Below are positions 49,201 to 57,553 of a stretch of 64,000 nucleotides of DNA, in pieces (position 1 is the stretch's first letter; each line of letters starts with the position of its first letter). The DNA is from Clostridia bacterium. GTDB lineage: Bacteria; Bacillota; Clostridia; Christensenellales; UMGS416. The stretch covers positions 237 through 64,236 of the forward strand of contig DAOWFX010000127.1 in NCBI GenBank assembly GCA_030637745.1, in the 5' to 3' direction. The translations under genes and the position numbers were made by a program. Under the pieces are notes generated by a model. The model saw only the letters and a program-made list of their open reading frames with translations. It was not told the DNA's origin and ran no database searches.

Positions 49201-49795
49201 GGTGAATGTCAATGCAGTGCGCGACTTTGCAGAGCTCAACGAACGCTATACAGAGCACAAAATGCAGTGTGATGATTTGGTAAAGGCAGAAAGTGATTTA
49301 CTACAGGTCATTGAGGGGCTCAACAAACAAATGCGTGAGAAATTTGCAAAAGAATTTAAAATGCTCAATGAGTTCTTCTCATATAACTTCACAAAGCTTT
49401 TCGGCGGCGGCACTGCGCATCTATCACTGTCGGACGAGGAAGATATCCTAAACAGTGGTATCATAATTGAAGCACAGCCTCCGGGGAAGAAGCTTCAAAT
49501 GCTGTCTCTCCTATCCGGTGGAGAAAAGGCGTTGACTGCAACAGCCATACTCTTTGCAATGCTTAAGCATCGTCCATCACCATTTTGCTTGCTGGACGAG
49601 ATTGAAACAGCACTTGATGATGCCAACCTACATCATTTCACTGATTTCCTAAAAGATTATTCAACAGATACACAATTCGTACTCATCACACACAGAAGGC
49701 CCACAATGGAATCGTGTGATATCCTCTATGGAGTGACGATGGAGGAGAAGGGGGTATCGAAGATGGTGTCTGTTAAGATCGCAGATTACGCATAG
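46241..49795 (+). CDS. smc: Chromosome partition protein Smc
   Basis: 1184 aa. N-terminal FKSFA..GPNGSGKSNI, long coiled coils, a hinge, and C-terminal LSGGEKALTA..LLDEIETALD. TTG start. Confidence 0.95.
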   Translation: MHLKKLELYGFKSFADKVEINFDEGITGVVGPNGSGKSNIGDAMRWVLGESSARSLRGARMEDVIFNGAQKRNPLGWCEVTLIFDNSDSVLPIEFTEVAISRRVYRNGEGEYLINRAACRRKDIVELFRDTGIGREGYSIIGQGRIADMLSHKPDERRDVFHEAAGIMKYRARRDEAQRRLDGTRNNIQRLSDIMEEMERQLGPLKRQSKNARRYIDISTNLKELEINRFLCDYARLHKNIQQSMQEINEFESHTKQEVDTIDQNNNTLNELTLSVARYENEIQNTRNSIESMTTRISERHGTEIILEERLTYAQQEQIRLLDEIDIEHNRAQELLTEAQELQDALDNKGGDSEKIQQDILDIKSRIKAIALEIDTRQQDIDEKKNIMMQELSHMADINSSSGRLEAMIESYTSRRGELQENLNNASRQKEIYDDIRTEMKDAVDSLYDTIAHLQEKTDNHTQKRNDYRQNREALEKDLQSKRDRERNLETRIQMLNTLIKDYDGFSNPVRFLFSQNDTKNLMMGVVADIIDVPNDYTSAVERALGGAMQHIITSSDYEAKELIGMLRKNQAGRATFLPIDAIKGRYLKEHEQHILDLPGCIGVAADLMNFDEKYREIVYSLLGRTVICDNIDSAVALAKKIRYACKFVTLKGDVVNPGGSMSGGSRNTKEYSPIARRNQLEELGKLVIVATKDVEEVKEKLTSIVSQMDTQRTQMDTDVKDLNEARIAYAREKERFDKLQASTEDNDTQMNEIKAQLERINENIEDANREITNISTASQDAQKKDTVSREEIAKAQVQVNALRENHDEMKEHLDKLMSLGAADEKERATASQRILWLQKEAQRLTDLIEKKKQQHTENEELSVQQKDELVDSKTSVGDEKSQLENLKTQLEDKINAQEDERNRLTSIQELISVSQNRQVELGDRKHQHQMKYEKSTMELEQIQNRIWDYYELTYQGTLEYKNEQLDLTDADEEIDRMRRQIKAMGTVNVNAVRDFAELNERYTEHKMQCDDLVKAESDLLQVIEGLNKQMREKFAKEFKMLNEFFSYNFTKLFGGGTAHLSLSDEEDILNSGIIIEAQPPGKKLQMLSLLSGGEKALTATAILFAMLKHRPSPFCLLDEIETALDDANLHHFTDFLKDYSTDTQFVLITHRRPTMESCDILYGVTMEEKGVSKMVSVKIADYA

Positions 49796-49886
49796 AGCTC
49801 ACTGGCGTGAGCTTTCGATTCAAATAAAATGAATTTGAATCGAGTGTCTTGAAAAACTCAAAAAACTCGGTGGCTTTTAAGCCACC
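49795..49886 (+). terminator. Three consecutive hairpins immediately after the smc stop
   Basis: gaGCTCAC-tggc-GTGAGCtt at 49795-49814. TCGATTCAAAT-aaaatga-ATTTGAATCGA at 49815-49843. GGTGGCT-ttta-AGCCACC at 49869-49886. Confidence 0.55.
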
Positions 49887-49939
49887 TTCGTGCATTTTTA
49901 AGTTTTCCGCTTTATGATGTGCAGATATTAGCCATAGAT

Positions 49940-50010
49940 TAACATTCCCGGCACATGTCCGTGAATGTTTGCATACTTCGTGTTGGGGATTAGTAGAAAT
50001 TTTTACTTGG
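49940..50010. repeat. Copy 1 of an approximately 72-bp intergenic repeat containing AACATTC-N15-GAATGTT
   Basis: taacattcccggcacatgtccgtgaatgtttgcatacttcgtgttggggattagtagaaatttttacttgg. Confidence 0.8.
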
Positions 50011-50147
50011 ATACAAATCTCGAAAAATCTTCTATTACTTATAAACGCTCTTTACTAAATAAATACGCTCACTTATTTACTTATCAACCTCACGACATCT
50101 TGTAGCGTTTTTATGTACGACTACTGTGTACATGCTATGTTAAGAGC

Positions 50148-50220
50148 TAACATTCCCTGCAGATGTCCGAGAATGTTTTTATACTTCGTGTTGGTGAATT
50201 AGCAGAAGCTTCTTGATTGG
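50148..50220. repeat. Copy 2 of the same intergenic repeat, 208 bp downstream
   Basis: taacattccctgcagatgtccgagaatgtttttatacttcgtgttggtgaattagcagaagcttcttgattgg. Confidence 0.8.
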
Positions 50221-50275
50221 AGATCATCATTAGGTCATTCTACGATTTACCACAGTATGGTATAATGCATTTCTT

Positions 50276-50923
50276 ATGGAGAATATGAAAAAACAAAATA
50301 AGCTTGCAAATTATCTTATTATAATACTCGTTACTTATATACTAGTTACTGTGTTGAGTCGGGTTGGGTCTTCTGTGACGTTTGAAATGATGATGAATGG
50401 AAAGATAGAAGAGTCAGTATATATTACAATAAGCAATGTTACAGCATTGCTTACGATAATTATTGTTAGCTTTATCATTTCATTGGTAGTAACTATATCG
50501 GGATTTATTCTTTCAAAAAACCCAGAATCAATGAGCGGTATATTGGCAGATAATTTTGAGACAACATTCATCATATCAAGTATCTACTATTATGCAATGA
50601 TGCTTTTACCTGTGCCTTTTTACATTTTGATTTTGTTCAGAGAAGGAAAGAAGATTAACTGGTTTATTCTCCTAAAGCTTGCAACGCTATTTACAATAGT
50701 TATCAAAGATATCAGTACTTTGATGAGAAATTTCCTAGATTACAATCTAAAAATAATCTCAATATTCGATTTTGATACGAAGTTTCCGATACTTGGATTC
50801 ATACGAACCAATAGAGTTATATCTACTATCAATTCTTATCTTTGGGTGGTCGGGGTCATCATTATAATCATACAGGTCAAAAAAGCGTTGAAAGCGCAAA
50901 ACGATTTATTGGATGAAGTGTAA
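50276..50923 (+). CDS. Hypothetical polytopic membrane protein (orphan) inserted between smc and ftsY
   Basis: 215-aa hydrophobic ORF. TGgTATAAT lies at 50256-50264, just upstream. The start is uncertain (50276 or 50285). Confidence 0.45.
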   Translation: MENMKKQNKLANYLIIILVTYILVTVLSRVGSSVTFEMMMNGKIEESVYITISNVTALLTIIIVSFIISLVVTISGFILSKNPESMSGILADNFETTFIISSIYYYAMMLLPVPFYILILFREGKKINWFILLKLATLFTIVIKDISTLMRNFLDYNLKIISIFDFDTKFPILGFIRTNRVISTINSYLWVVGVIIIIIQVKKALKAQNDLLDEV

Positions 50924-51136
50924 GATTAGAACAATTTATTTATTAATCTTTTGTCCTCTTGCGTTGCCATACATACCTTCATAATATCTCCTGCTAAAAT
51001 TATTTTCACATTAACTATATGCTATCATATCTAAAATATGAATAATAAACGGTTATTAAAGGCTTGTGAAAGTTAAAATATATTGAGATTCACCATCATT
51101 TGGTTTATGATAATAAAAAAGTTATAGGGGACCGAT

Positions 51137-52036
51137 TTGCCATCATTAATTAAAAAATTGAAAGAGAAATTAGCCAAAACGCATCATGCGATATCCTCGC
51201 GAGTAGATGATTTGTTGAAGTACTATAAAGAAATTGACGATGACTTCTTTGAAGAGCTCGAAGAAGTGTTGATTGCATCGGATATGGGAATGGATTTGTC
51301 CCTTGAGATTGTAGAAAGCGTCAAGAAACGCATAAGTGAGAAGAAGACCGGGGATGTAGGTGTCATCCATGGCATACTGCGTACAGAGATTATTTCTAAA
51401 ATGGATACACACAAACAAGAGGTTGCAACACCCGCAGTAATACTGTTGGTAGGTGTAAATGGTACCGGAAAGACAACCACAGCTGCAAAGCTTGCAGCAC
51501 TTCACAAAGCAGAAGGCAAAAAAGTAATGCTATGTGCTGCTGATACATTTCGTGCAGCAGCTATTGACCAACTCCAATTATGGGCAGATAGGGTGAACGT
51601 GGAACTCATCGCACAAGGTGAGGGTGCAGACCCCGCAGCAGTGGTTCATGATGCGATTGGTGCTGCAAAAGCACGGAGCGCAGATGTGTTGATTTGCGAC
51701 ACAGCAGGCAGGCTTCACAATAAGAAAAACTTAATGAATGAATTGGAGAAAATCAATAGAATCATTAATACGCAGTGGCCGGATGCACATCGCTATGTCT
51801 ACTTGGTCATCGATGCAACCACAGGACAAAATGCATTGATGCAGGTAAAGCTTTTTAGCCAAACATGTGATGTATCAGGCATTGTAGTAACAAAGCTTGA
51901 CGGTACTGCAAAGGGTGGTGCTATCGTAGCTGCTCGAAAGATGACAGGACTCCCCGTGGTGTATATCGGTGTCGGCGAAGGTGTAGATGATTTGCTAGAA
52001 TTTGACGCAGAAGCATTTGCTACTGCGATTATATAA
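51137..52036 (+). CDS. ftsY: Signal recognition particle receptor FtsY
   Basis: [25 protein letters not shown] motifs. TTG start. Confidence 0.93.
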   Translation: MPSLIKKLKEKLAKTHHAISSRVDDLLKYYKEIDDDFFEELEEVLIASDMGMDLSLEIVESVKKRISEKKTGDVGVIHGILRTEIISKMDTHKQEVATPAVILLVGVNGTGKTTTAAKLAALHKAEGKKVMLCAADTFRAAAIDQLQLWADRVNVELIAQGEGADPAAVVHDAIGAAKARSADVLICDTAGRLHNKKNLMNELEKINRIINTQWPDAHRYVYLVIDATTGQNALMQVKLFSQTCDVSGIVVTKLDGTAKGGAIVAARKMTGLPVVYIGVGEGVDDLLEFDAEAFATAII

Positions 52037-52131
52037 ACAGTGAATACTTTGATTTACAAACTATTTAGTGGATTCCTGTTTTGACATAATCATAATGGTG
52101 TATCATATAGATATACATTGAGGATGGTAAG

Positions 52132-52626
52132 ATGCTAGAAAGATTAAAAAACAGAATTACGACACAAAAGTCTATTTTTGCGCTATTTGCAATAATGACA
52201 TGCTTCTACATGTTCAATACCATTATATTTTCAGTTTCATTTATAAAAGACCTCAAATCACTGGGGATGGCGTTTTATATTGAAAACCCACTATTGCTGA
52301 TATCTTACGTACTTGAGTCACCTGTCAGCATGGTCCTGTTTTTGATATTATTAAGCAATCAATATAAAATTGCATGGGATGAGAAAAGAACAGGAAATAA
52401 TCATGCGATTGTGCTAACGGTTTTCTTAATCATGATAAGGTTTGCCAGTGAAATCACTTTCTATATTGCGAAAAAAATATTGATGGAAGGGCAATACTCA
52501 GTACAGACGTATTTACTTTCTTATGTGTCTGTCTTTGGAATGGTGCAAACTGTTGTATTCGCTTTTTCAATATACTATTTAATCAATTTAATCAAGCTAA
52601 AAAAGGCATCTGCAGACAAGCTTTAG
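52132..52626 (+). CDS. Hypothetical membrane protein (orphan) between ftsY and ylxM
   Basis: 164 aa, about 4-5 TM. No family recognised. Confidence 0.45.
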   Translation: MLERLKNRITTQKSIFALFAIMTCFYMFNTIIFSVSFIKDLKSLGMAFYIENPLLLISYVLESPVSMVLFLILLSNQYKIAWDEKRTGNNHAIVLTVFLIMIRFASEITFYIAKKILMEGQYSVQTYLLSYVSVFGMVQTVVFAFSIYYLINLIKLKKASADKL

Positions 52627-52643
52627 GTGTAAAGCAAAAATAC

Positions 52644-52671
52644 TTGACATCAACATAGAATCATGTATAAT
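52644..52671 (+). promoter_or_regulatory. Sigma-A promoter TTGACA-N16-TATAAT upstream of ylxM-ffh
   Basis: ttgaca at 52644-52649 and tataat at 52666-52671. Bracketed by the 13-bp direct repeat ggtgtaaagcaaa (52626-52638 and 52679-52691). Confidence 0.6.
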
Positions 52672-52727
52672 GACATAGGGTGTAAAGCAAATAAGCTTTA
52701 CGCTTTATTTTTATTCAAGGTGCGTTT

Positions 52728-53078
52728 ATGGAAAAGAATGTTGAAATATCGATACTACTCGATTTATATGGGCCACTACTGACCGATACACAGCGTCAGG
52801 CCATTTCAGAGCACTATGATGAAGACCAGTCTTTCAGTGAGATAGGGCAACGATTGGATAAAACCCGTCAAGCAGTACATGATGCTGTATCCAAGGGCGT
52901 ATCCTCATTGTATGAATTTGAAGAAAAACTGGGCATGATGAAGCGATACCTTACATTTGAAGAAGAGATTGCTGTATTGCAGGAAATCGCCGAAATCCAA
53001 GATGCCAGTACATGGATGAAACTCAAAGAATCTATAGACAAACTGCGTGCATTGTGGGAGGAAAATGATGGCGTTTGA
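52728..53078 (+). CDS. ylxM: YlxM/UPF0122 putative DNA-binding protein
   Basis: LLDLYGPLLTDTQRQAISEHYDEDQSFSEIGQRLDKTRQAVHD, and its position immediately upstream of ffh. Confidence 0.88.
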   Translation: MEKNVEISILLDLYGPLLTDTQRQAISEHYDEDQSFSEIGQRLDKTRQAVHDAVSKGVSSLYEFEEKLGMMKRYLTFEEEIAVLQEIAEIQDASTWMKLKESIDKLRALWEENDGV

Positions 53079-54393
53079 AGGCTTGAGTGAAAAGCTAAAT
53101 GCTATATTTTCAAGGCTTACACAACGTGGAAAGCTTACAGAAGCAGATGTGAAAGTTGCCATGCGTGAAGTGCGCCTTGCACTACTTGAAGCGGATGTCA
53201 ACTATTTGGTCGTCAAGGACTTTGTAAAGAAAGTATCTGCACGTGCTATAGGTAGCGAGGTACTAGAAAGCCTTACACCGGGACAGCAGGTCATCAAGAT
53301 CGTGAATGAAGGGCTGACTGCTTTGATGGGCAAAAAAGCAGAGAAGATAAATTATACTCAAAATCCACCAACAGTCATTATGTTGTGTGGTCTGCAGGGT
53401 GCAGGTAAGACTACAACAGCTGCAAAGCTTGCAAAGCTGATGGTAGAAAAGGAAAACAAACGTCCGATGTTGGTGGGCTGTGATATTTACAGACCCGCAG
53501 CGATGAAGCAATTGCAAGTGGTAGGTGACAGCGTGGGCGTACCGGTCTTCATTAAAGAAGGTAAGAACCCAGTAGAGATTGCAAAGCTTGCACTCAAAGA
53601 AGCAAAAAAACAGGGACGCGATGTCGTAATATTAGATACTGCTGGTAGATTGAGTATTGACAGTGAACTGATGGATGAGATTGAAAACATCAAAAAAGCA
53701 GTTTCCCCACATGAAATATTGCTAGTGCTGGACGCGATGACAGGACAAGACGCCGTGAACACAGCTACAGCTTTTGATGAAAAGGTAAGCATTACAGGTG
53801 CTATCCTTACAAAGCTAGATGGTGACTCTCGTGGTGGTGCGGCGCTTTCATTGCGACATGTTACAGGAAAGCCTATCAAGTTTGCAACTATCGGTGAAAA
53901 GCTAAAAGACATCGAGCTCTTTCACCCTGAACGCATGGCATCTCGTATACTGGGTATGGGCGATATGCTGACGTTGATTGAAAAGGCTGAAGCAAGCTTT
54001 GATGAGAAAACTGCAATATCGCTTCAAAAGAAGATGAAGACTGCTTCATTTACACTCGAAGATTACCTAGGTCAGTTTGAACAGATGAACAAAATGGGCG
54101 GACTATCATCCATCATGTCGATGATGCCGGGTGCGAAGGGATTGAATGCTGATGATATCGATGAAAAGCAAATCGATAGAACAAAAGCGATTATCCTCTC
54201 GATGACACCGATTGAAAGAAGAAGACCAAAGATACTGAATGCATCACGCAAAAAACGTATCGCAAGAGGTTGTGGGATGCAAGTACAAGACATCAACCGA
54301 CTGCTCAAGCAATTTGAGCAAACGAAGGTGATGATGAAGCGCATGACCAGTGGCAAAAAAGGTGGTGGTATGCCATTTGGGATGCCTTTCTAG
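53068..54393 (+). CDS. ffh: Signal recognition particle protein Ffh
   Basis: MAFEGLSEKL N-terminus, GLQGAGKTTT, DTAGR, TKLDGDSRGGAALS, and a Met-rich M domain. GGGAGG RBS. Confidence 0.95.
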   Translation: MAFEGLSEKLNAIFSRLTQRGKLTEADVKVAMREVRLALLEADVNYLVVKDFVKKVSARAIGSEVLESLTPGQQVIKIVNEGLTALMGKKAEKINYTQNPPTVIMLCGLQGAGKTTTAAKLAKLMVEKENKRPMLVGCDIYRPAAMKQLQVVGDSVGVPVFIKEGKNPVEIAKLALKEAKKQGRDVVILDTAGRLSIDSELMDEIENIKKAVSPHEILLVLDAMTGQDAVNTATAFDEKVSITGAILTKLDGDSRGGAALSLRHVTGKPIKFATIGEKLKDIELFHPERMASRILGMGDMLTLIEKAEASFDEKTAISLQKKMKTASFTLEDYLGQFEQMNKMGGLSSIMSMMPGAKGLNADDIDEKQIDRTKAIILSMTPIERRRPKILNASRKKRIARGCGMQVQDINRLLKQFEQTKVMMKRMTSGKKGGGMPFGMPF

Positions 54394-54432
54394 TATGACA
54401 GCTTGAAAGCACTACTAACCACCGCGATCCTA

Positions 54433-54481
54433 AAAATCGAAATACGTCATTTATGACGCGATAAACTTCTTTTTCGATTTT
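54433..54481 (+). terminator. Nested hairpin after ffh; possible partial terminator
   Basis: AAAATCGAAA ... TTTCGATTTT, a 10-bp outer stem enclosing CGTCA-tttа-like tetraloop hairpin cgtcatttatgacg. The 3' arm is U-rich. Confidence 0.35.
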
Positions 54482-54643
54482 GAATCTCACGATGTTTATC
54501 AGTACTTTGAAGCTCTCATACAATAATGTGGATTAATAAAGAATGATATTAAATATGGTTACCATATTGGAATATAAAACAAAGTAATGGATGTGAAGAG
54601 AAGACAGATACATCGGTTGCAAAAATAAACGATGGAGGAAACT

Positions 54644-54889
54644 ATGGCAGTAAAAATTCGACTAAAGAGAATGGGCGCAAAAAAGAAACCATTTTATCGT
54701 ATTGTTGCAGCGGATTCGCGTGCACCAAGAGATGGCAAGTTCATTGAACAATTAGGTTACTACAATCCAACAGTGAAGCCTGTAGAACTTAAAGTGGATG
54801 CTGAAGCATGCAAAAAATGGCTCGCAACCGGAGCACAACCAACAGAAACCGTACGCAGCTTGCTTAAAAAAAGCGGCGTAATAGAGTAG
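54644..54889 (+). CDS. rpsP: 30S ribosomal protein S16
   Basis: [26 protein letters not shown] lies 5 nt upstream. Confidence 0.95.
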   Translation: MAVKIRLKRMGAKKKPFYRIVAADSRAPRDGKFIEQLGYYNPTVKPVELKVDAEACKKWLATGAQPTETVRSLLKKSGVIE

Positions 54890-54896
54890 GTGCATG

Positions 54897-55136
54897 ATGG
54901 ATAGAGTAAAAGATCTTGTAGAATATGTTGCAAAAGCACTGGTACATGACCCTAGTTTGGTTAAAGTGAATGTTGTGGACAAAGACCGTGTTGTGGTGAT
55001 TGAACTCAATGTTGGCGAAAAAGACATGGGACGCGTAATCGGTAAGCAAGGACGTATCGCAAAAGCAATCCGTGCAGTGGTAAAGAGTGCAACAGTAGAT
55101 GAACAGAAGAAATATCTTGTGGAGATCGTCGACTAA
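54897..55136 (+). CDS. KH-domain RNA-binding protein (YlqC/UPF0109)
   Basis: VGEKDMGRVIGKQGRIAKAIRAV, a KH GxxG motif. Conserved position between rpsP and rimM. Confidence 0.88.
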   Translation: MDRVKDLVEYVAKALVHDPSLVKVNVVDKDRVVVIELNVGEKDMGRVIGKQGRIAKAIRAVVKSATVDEQKKYLVEIVD

Positions 55137-55137
55137 G

Positions 55138-55653
55138 ATGGAAAAAAGATATGTTGTTGCAATAGTGACAAAACCACACGGGATTCGTGGAGAGGCGAAA
55201 CTTACATCACTGGGAGATGATCCGTCCGAACTGTTGGAGCTTGAAAAAGTCTATACAGCTCAAAGCGGAGATAATTTCTTAACTATTACTAAGTCGTGGC
55301 GATATAAAGACACGGTTTGTATGGCATTTGATGAGGTCACATCTCGTGAGGATGCAGAAGCCCTACGCGGAAAATCTTTGTACATAAACACTAGTGATAT
55401 GCCACCTCTTGATGAGAATGCATACTATCTAAGAGACTTGATTGGATGTATCATCAAAGATGAAAATTGTGTGGTACTAGGAAAGATACATAATGTACTG
55501 CAACATGGCGCAGCGGATGTATATGTAGTTAAGGGAGAAAAAAACTTCATGATGCCTGCTGTAAAACATGTGATTGAAAGCGTAGATGTTGAAGGCAAAG
55601 TAATTGTTGTAAACTCTATATCGTTAGATGAAGTGATTGTCTATGAAGATTAG
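55138..55653 (+). CDS. rimM: Ribosome maturation factor RimM
   Basis: VAIVTKPHGIRGE N-terminus, a PRC-barrel C-terminus, and synteny. Confidence 0.9.
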   Translation: MEKRYVVAIVTKPHGIRGEAKLTSLGDDPSELLELEKVYTAQSGDNFLTITKSWRYKDTVCMAFDEVTSREDAEALRGKSLYINTSDMPPLDENAYYLRDLIGCIIKDENCVVLGKIHNVLQHGAADVYVVKGEKNFMMPAVKHVIESVDVEGKVIVVNSISLDEVIVYED

Positions 55654-56350
55654 CATACTAACACTGTTTTGTGAGATGTTTGAAGGCTACTTCAATACAT
55701 CTATTGCAAAGCGAGCGATTGAAAATGGACACTTGGATGTAGAAACAGTGGACATTAGAGCATTTTCAACCGATAAGCACAAGAAAACCGATGACTATCC
55801 CTTTGGTGGAGGCGCGGGACTTGTGATGACATCACAACCCATCTTTGATGCGATGACGCATGTGCAGAAAAACAACAGCAATGCAAAGGTGATTTATCTT
55901 TCGCCTCAAGGTGTAACGCTCGATTATAAAATCGCAAGAGAACTTGCACAAGAAGAAGGACTCATCCTTCTATGCGGACACTATGAAGGCGTAGACCAGA
56001 GAGTCATTGATGAACTGTGCGATATGGAGCTTTCCATTGGGGACTATGTATTAACCGGTGGTGAAATCCCAGCGATGGCATTGGTGGACACAATGATGCG
56101 TTTTATCCCAGGAGTTGTAGGCAATGAAGATGTACATGTGGATGAATCATTTGAAGATGGAATGCTTGAGTATCCACAATACACACGTCCTGCAGACTTT
56201 CGAGGAAACAAGGTGCCTGAAGTGTTGCTTTCAGGACACCACAAGAAGATCCAAGAATGGCGAAGGAAAAAGCAACTGGAAAAAACACAGAAAGTGCGTC
56301 CTGATTTGATATCGGACACACGAACAAAGGATAAAAAATTAAAGTCCTAG
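55643..56350 (+). CDS. trmD: tRNA (guanine37-N1)-methyltransferase TrmD
   Basis: MKISILTLF.., DDYPFGGGAGLVM, LLCGHYEGVDQRV, IGDYVLTGGE. Confidence 0.95.
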   Translation: MKISILTLFCEMFEGYFNTSIAKRAIENGHLDVETVDIRAFSTDKHKKTDDYPFGGGAGLVMTSQPIFDAMTHVQKNNSNAKVIYLSPQGVTLDYKIARELAQEEGLILLCGHYEGVDQRVIDELCDMELSIGDYVLTGGEIPAMALVDTMMRFIPGVVGNEDVHVDESFEDGMLEYPQYTRPADFRGNKVPEVLLSGHHKKIQEWRRKKQLEKTQKVRPDLISDTRTKDKKLKS

Positions 56351-56372
56351 ATAGGCTCAAGGATGATGTGGC

Positions 56373-56469
56373 TTGAATTGCACAAAGCGCTTTGATATAA
56401 TATGTGCGCAAAATGGAAATTCAAAGATAACTTATCTTTCCTATAAGGATAAGAAAGGATGAAAATATT
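56373..56469 (+). promoter_or_regulatory. rplS promoter (TTGAAT-N17-TATAAT with TGn) plus an approximately 60-nt structured 5' leader; possible L19 autoregulatory leader
   Basis: -35 at 56373-56378 and -10 at 56396-56401. The leader contains CTTATC..GATAAG and CTTTC..GAAAG pairings that overlap the AAAGGA RBS. Confidence 0.45.
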
Positions 56470-56817
56470 ATGATTGATATGAAGACATTAGAACTCGAAC
56501 AGATGCGTGATGACCTTCCTGAATTTTCAGTGGGTGATACTGTTCGTATATTGGTAAAGGTAGTTGAGGGCACGCGCGAAAGAACACAAGCCTTTGAAGG
56601 CTTGGTAATTGCAAAAAGAAATGGCGGCATTAACGAAACATTCACCGTAAGAAGAATATCATACGGTATTGGAGTGGAACGTACATTTTTGGTGAACTCT
56701 CCACGTATTGCAGGTATTGAGATTATACGTAAAGGTAAAGTACGACGTGCAAAGCTATACTACATGCGTGCACTCAGAGGAAAGTCTGCAAGAGTGAAAG
56801 AAAAAAGCCGCAGATAA
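56470..56817 (+). CDS. rplS: 50S ribosomal protein L19
   Basis: [42 protein letters not shown]. Confidence 0.95.
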   Translation: MIDMKTLELEQMRDDLPEFSVGDTVRILVKVVEGTRERTQAFEGLVIAKRNGGINETFTVRRISYGIGVERTFLVNSPRIAGIEIIRKGKVRRAKLYYMRALRGKSARVKEKSRR

Positions 56818-56902
56818 CTACATGGCAGCACAGTGAAGTTTCATTGTGCTAGCATTATGTAAAAAACTACTGCATTTATAAGTAAACCAAGGAGGTTTAT
56901 AC

Positions 56903-57475
56903 ATGAGTAAAACATTTTTAGTAGAAGTATCTGCACGGCAGAGACATCTGGATAAAGAGACTCTCGAGATTTTATTTGGAGAGGGACATGAATTAACTAT
57001 AAAACGCAGACTTTCAATGCCTACTGAGTATGTGTGTGAAGAAAGACTGGACATCATTGGACCCAAGCGCACCATATCTAAGGTGAGTATTTTAGGACCG
57101 TTGCGTTCAAAGACACAAGTGGAAGTATCACTGACTGATTGCTACACATTAGGGCAAGTTGCTCCGGTAAGAAATTCTGGAGACACTGTAAATACTCCTT
57201 CAATACGACTCAAAGGACCTGCAGGCGAAGTAGAGCTTGAAGAAGGCTTGATTGTTGCCAAAAGACACATTCACATGAATGCAGAAAATGCAGAGTTGTT
57301 AGGTGTAGAAGATAAGCAGATTGTATCAGTTTCTGTAGAAACTGAGCGTCCTGTGATTTTCGGCGACTGTGTTGTAAGAGTACGAGACGACTTCTCGCTG
57401 TCGATGCATATCGATACCGATGAAGCAAATGCAGCGCTCATAGGCAGAGCGGGCTGTGAAGGAACTATTGTATAA
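56903..57475 (+). CDS. pduL: Phosphate propanoyltransferase PduL-type phosphotransacylase
   Basis: VEVSARQRHLDKETLEILFG and AKRHIHMNAENAELLGV..VRVRDDFSLSMHIDTDEANA are the two PduL repeats. AAGGAGG RBS. Confidence 0.85.
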   Translation: MSKTFLVEVSARQRHLDKETLEILFGEGHELTIKRRLSMPTEYVCEERLDIIGPKRTISKVSILGPLRSKTQVEVSLTDCYTLGQVAPVRNSGDTVNTPSIRLKGPAGEVELEEGLIVAKRHIHMNAENAELLGVEDKQIVSVSVETERPVIFGDCVVRVRDDFSLSMHIDTDEANAALIGRAGCEGTIV

Positions 57476-57519
57476 GCAGCTTCTAAAACTTAAAATAATA
57501 AACAAAGCATGTTACATGC

Positions 57520-57553
57520 GAGCTGTTCTTTTATGAAGGGAACAGCTCTTTTG
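57520..57553 (+). terminator. Intrinsic terminator after pduL
   Basis: GAGCTGTTC-loop-GAACAGCTC followed by ttttgctt. Confidence 0.7.
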
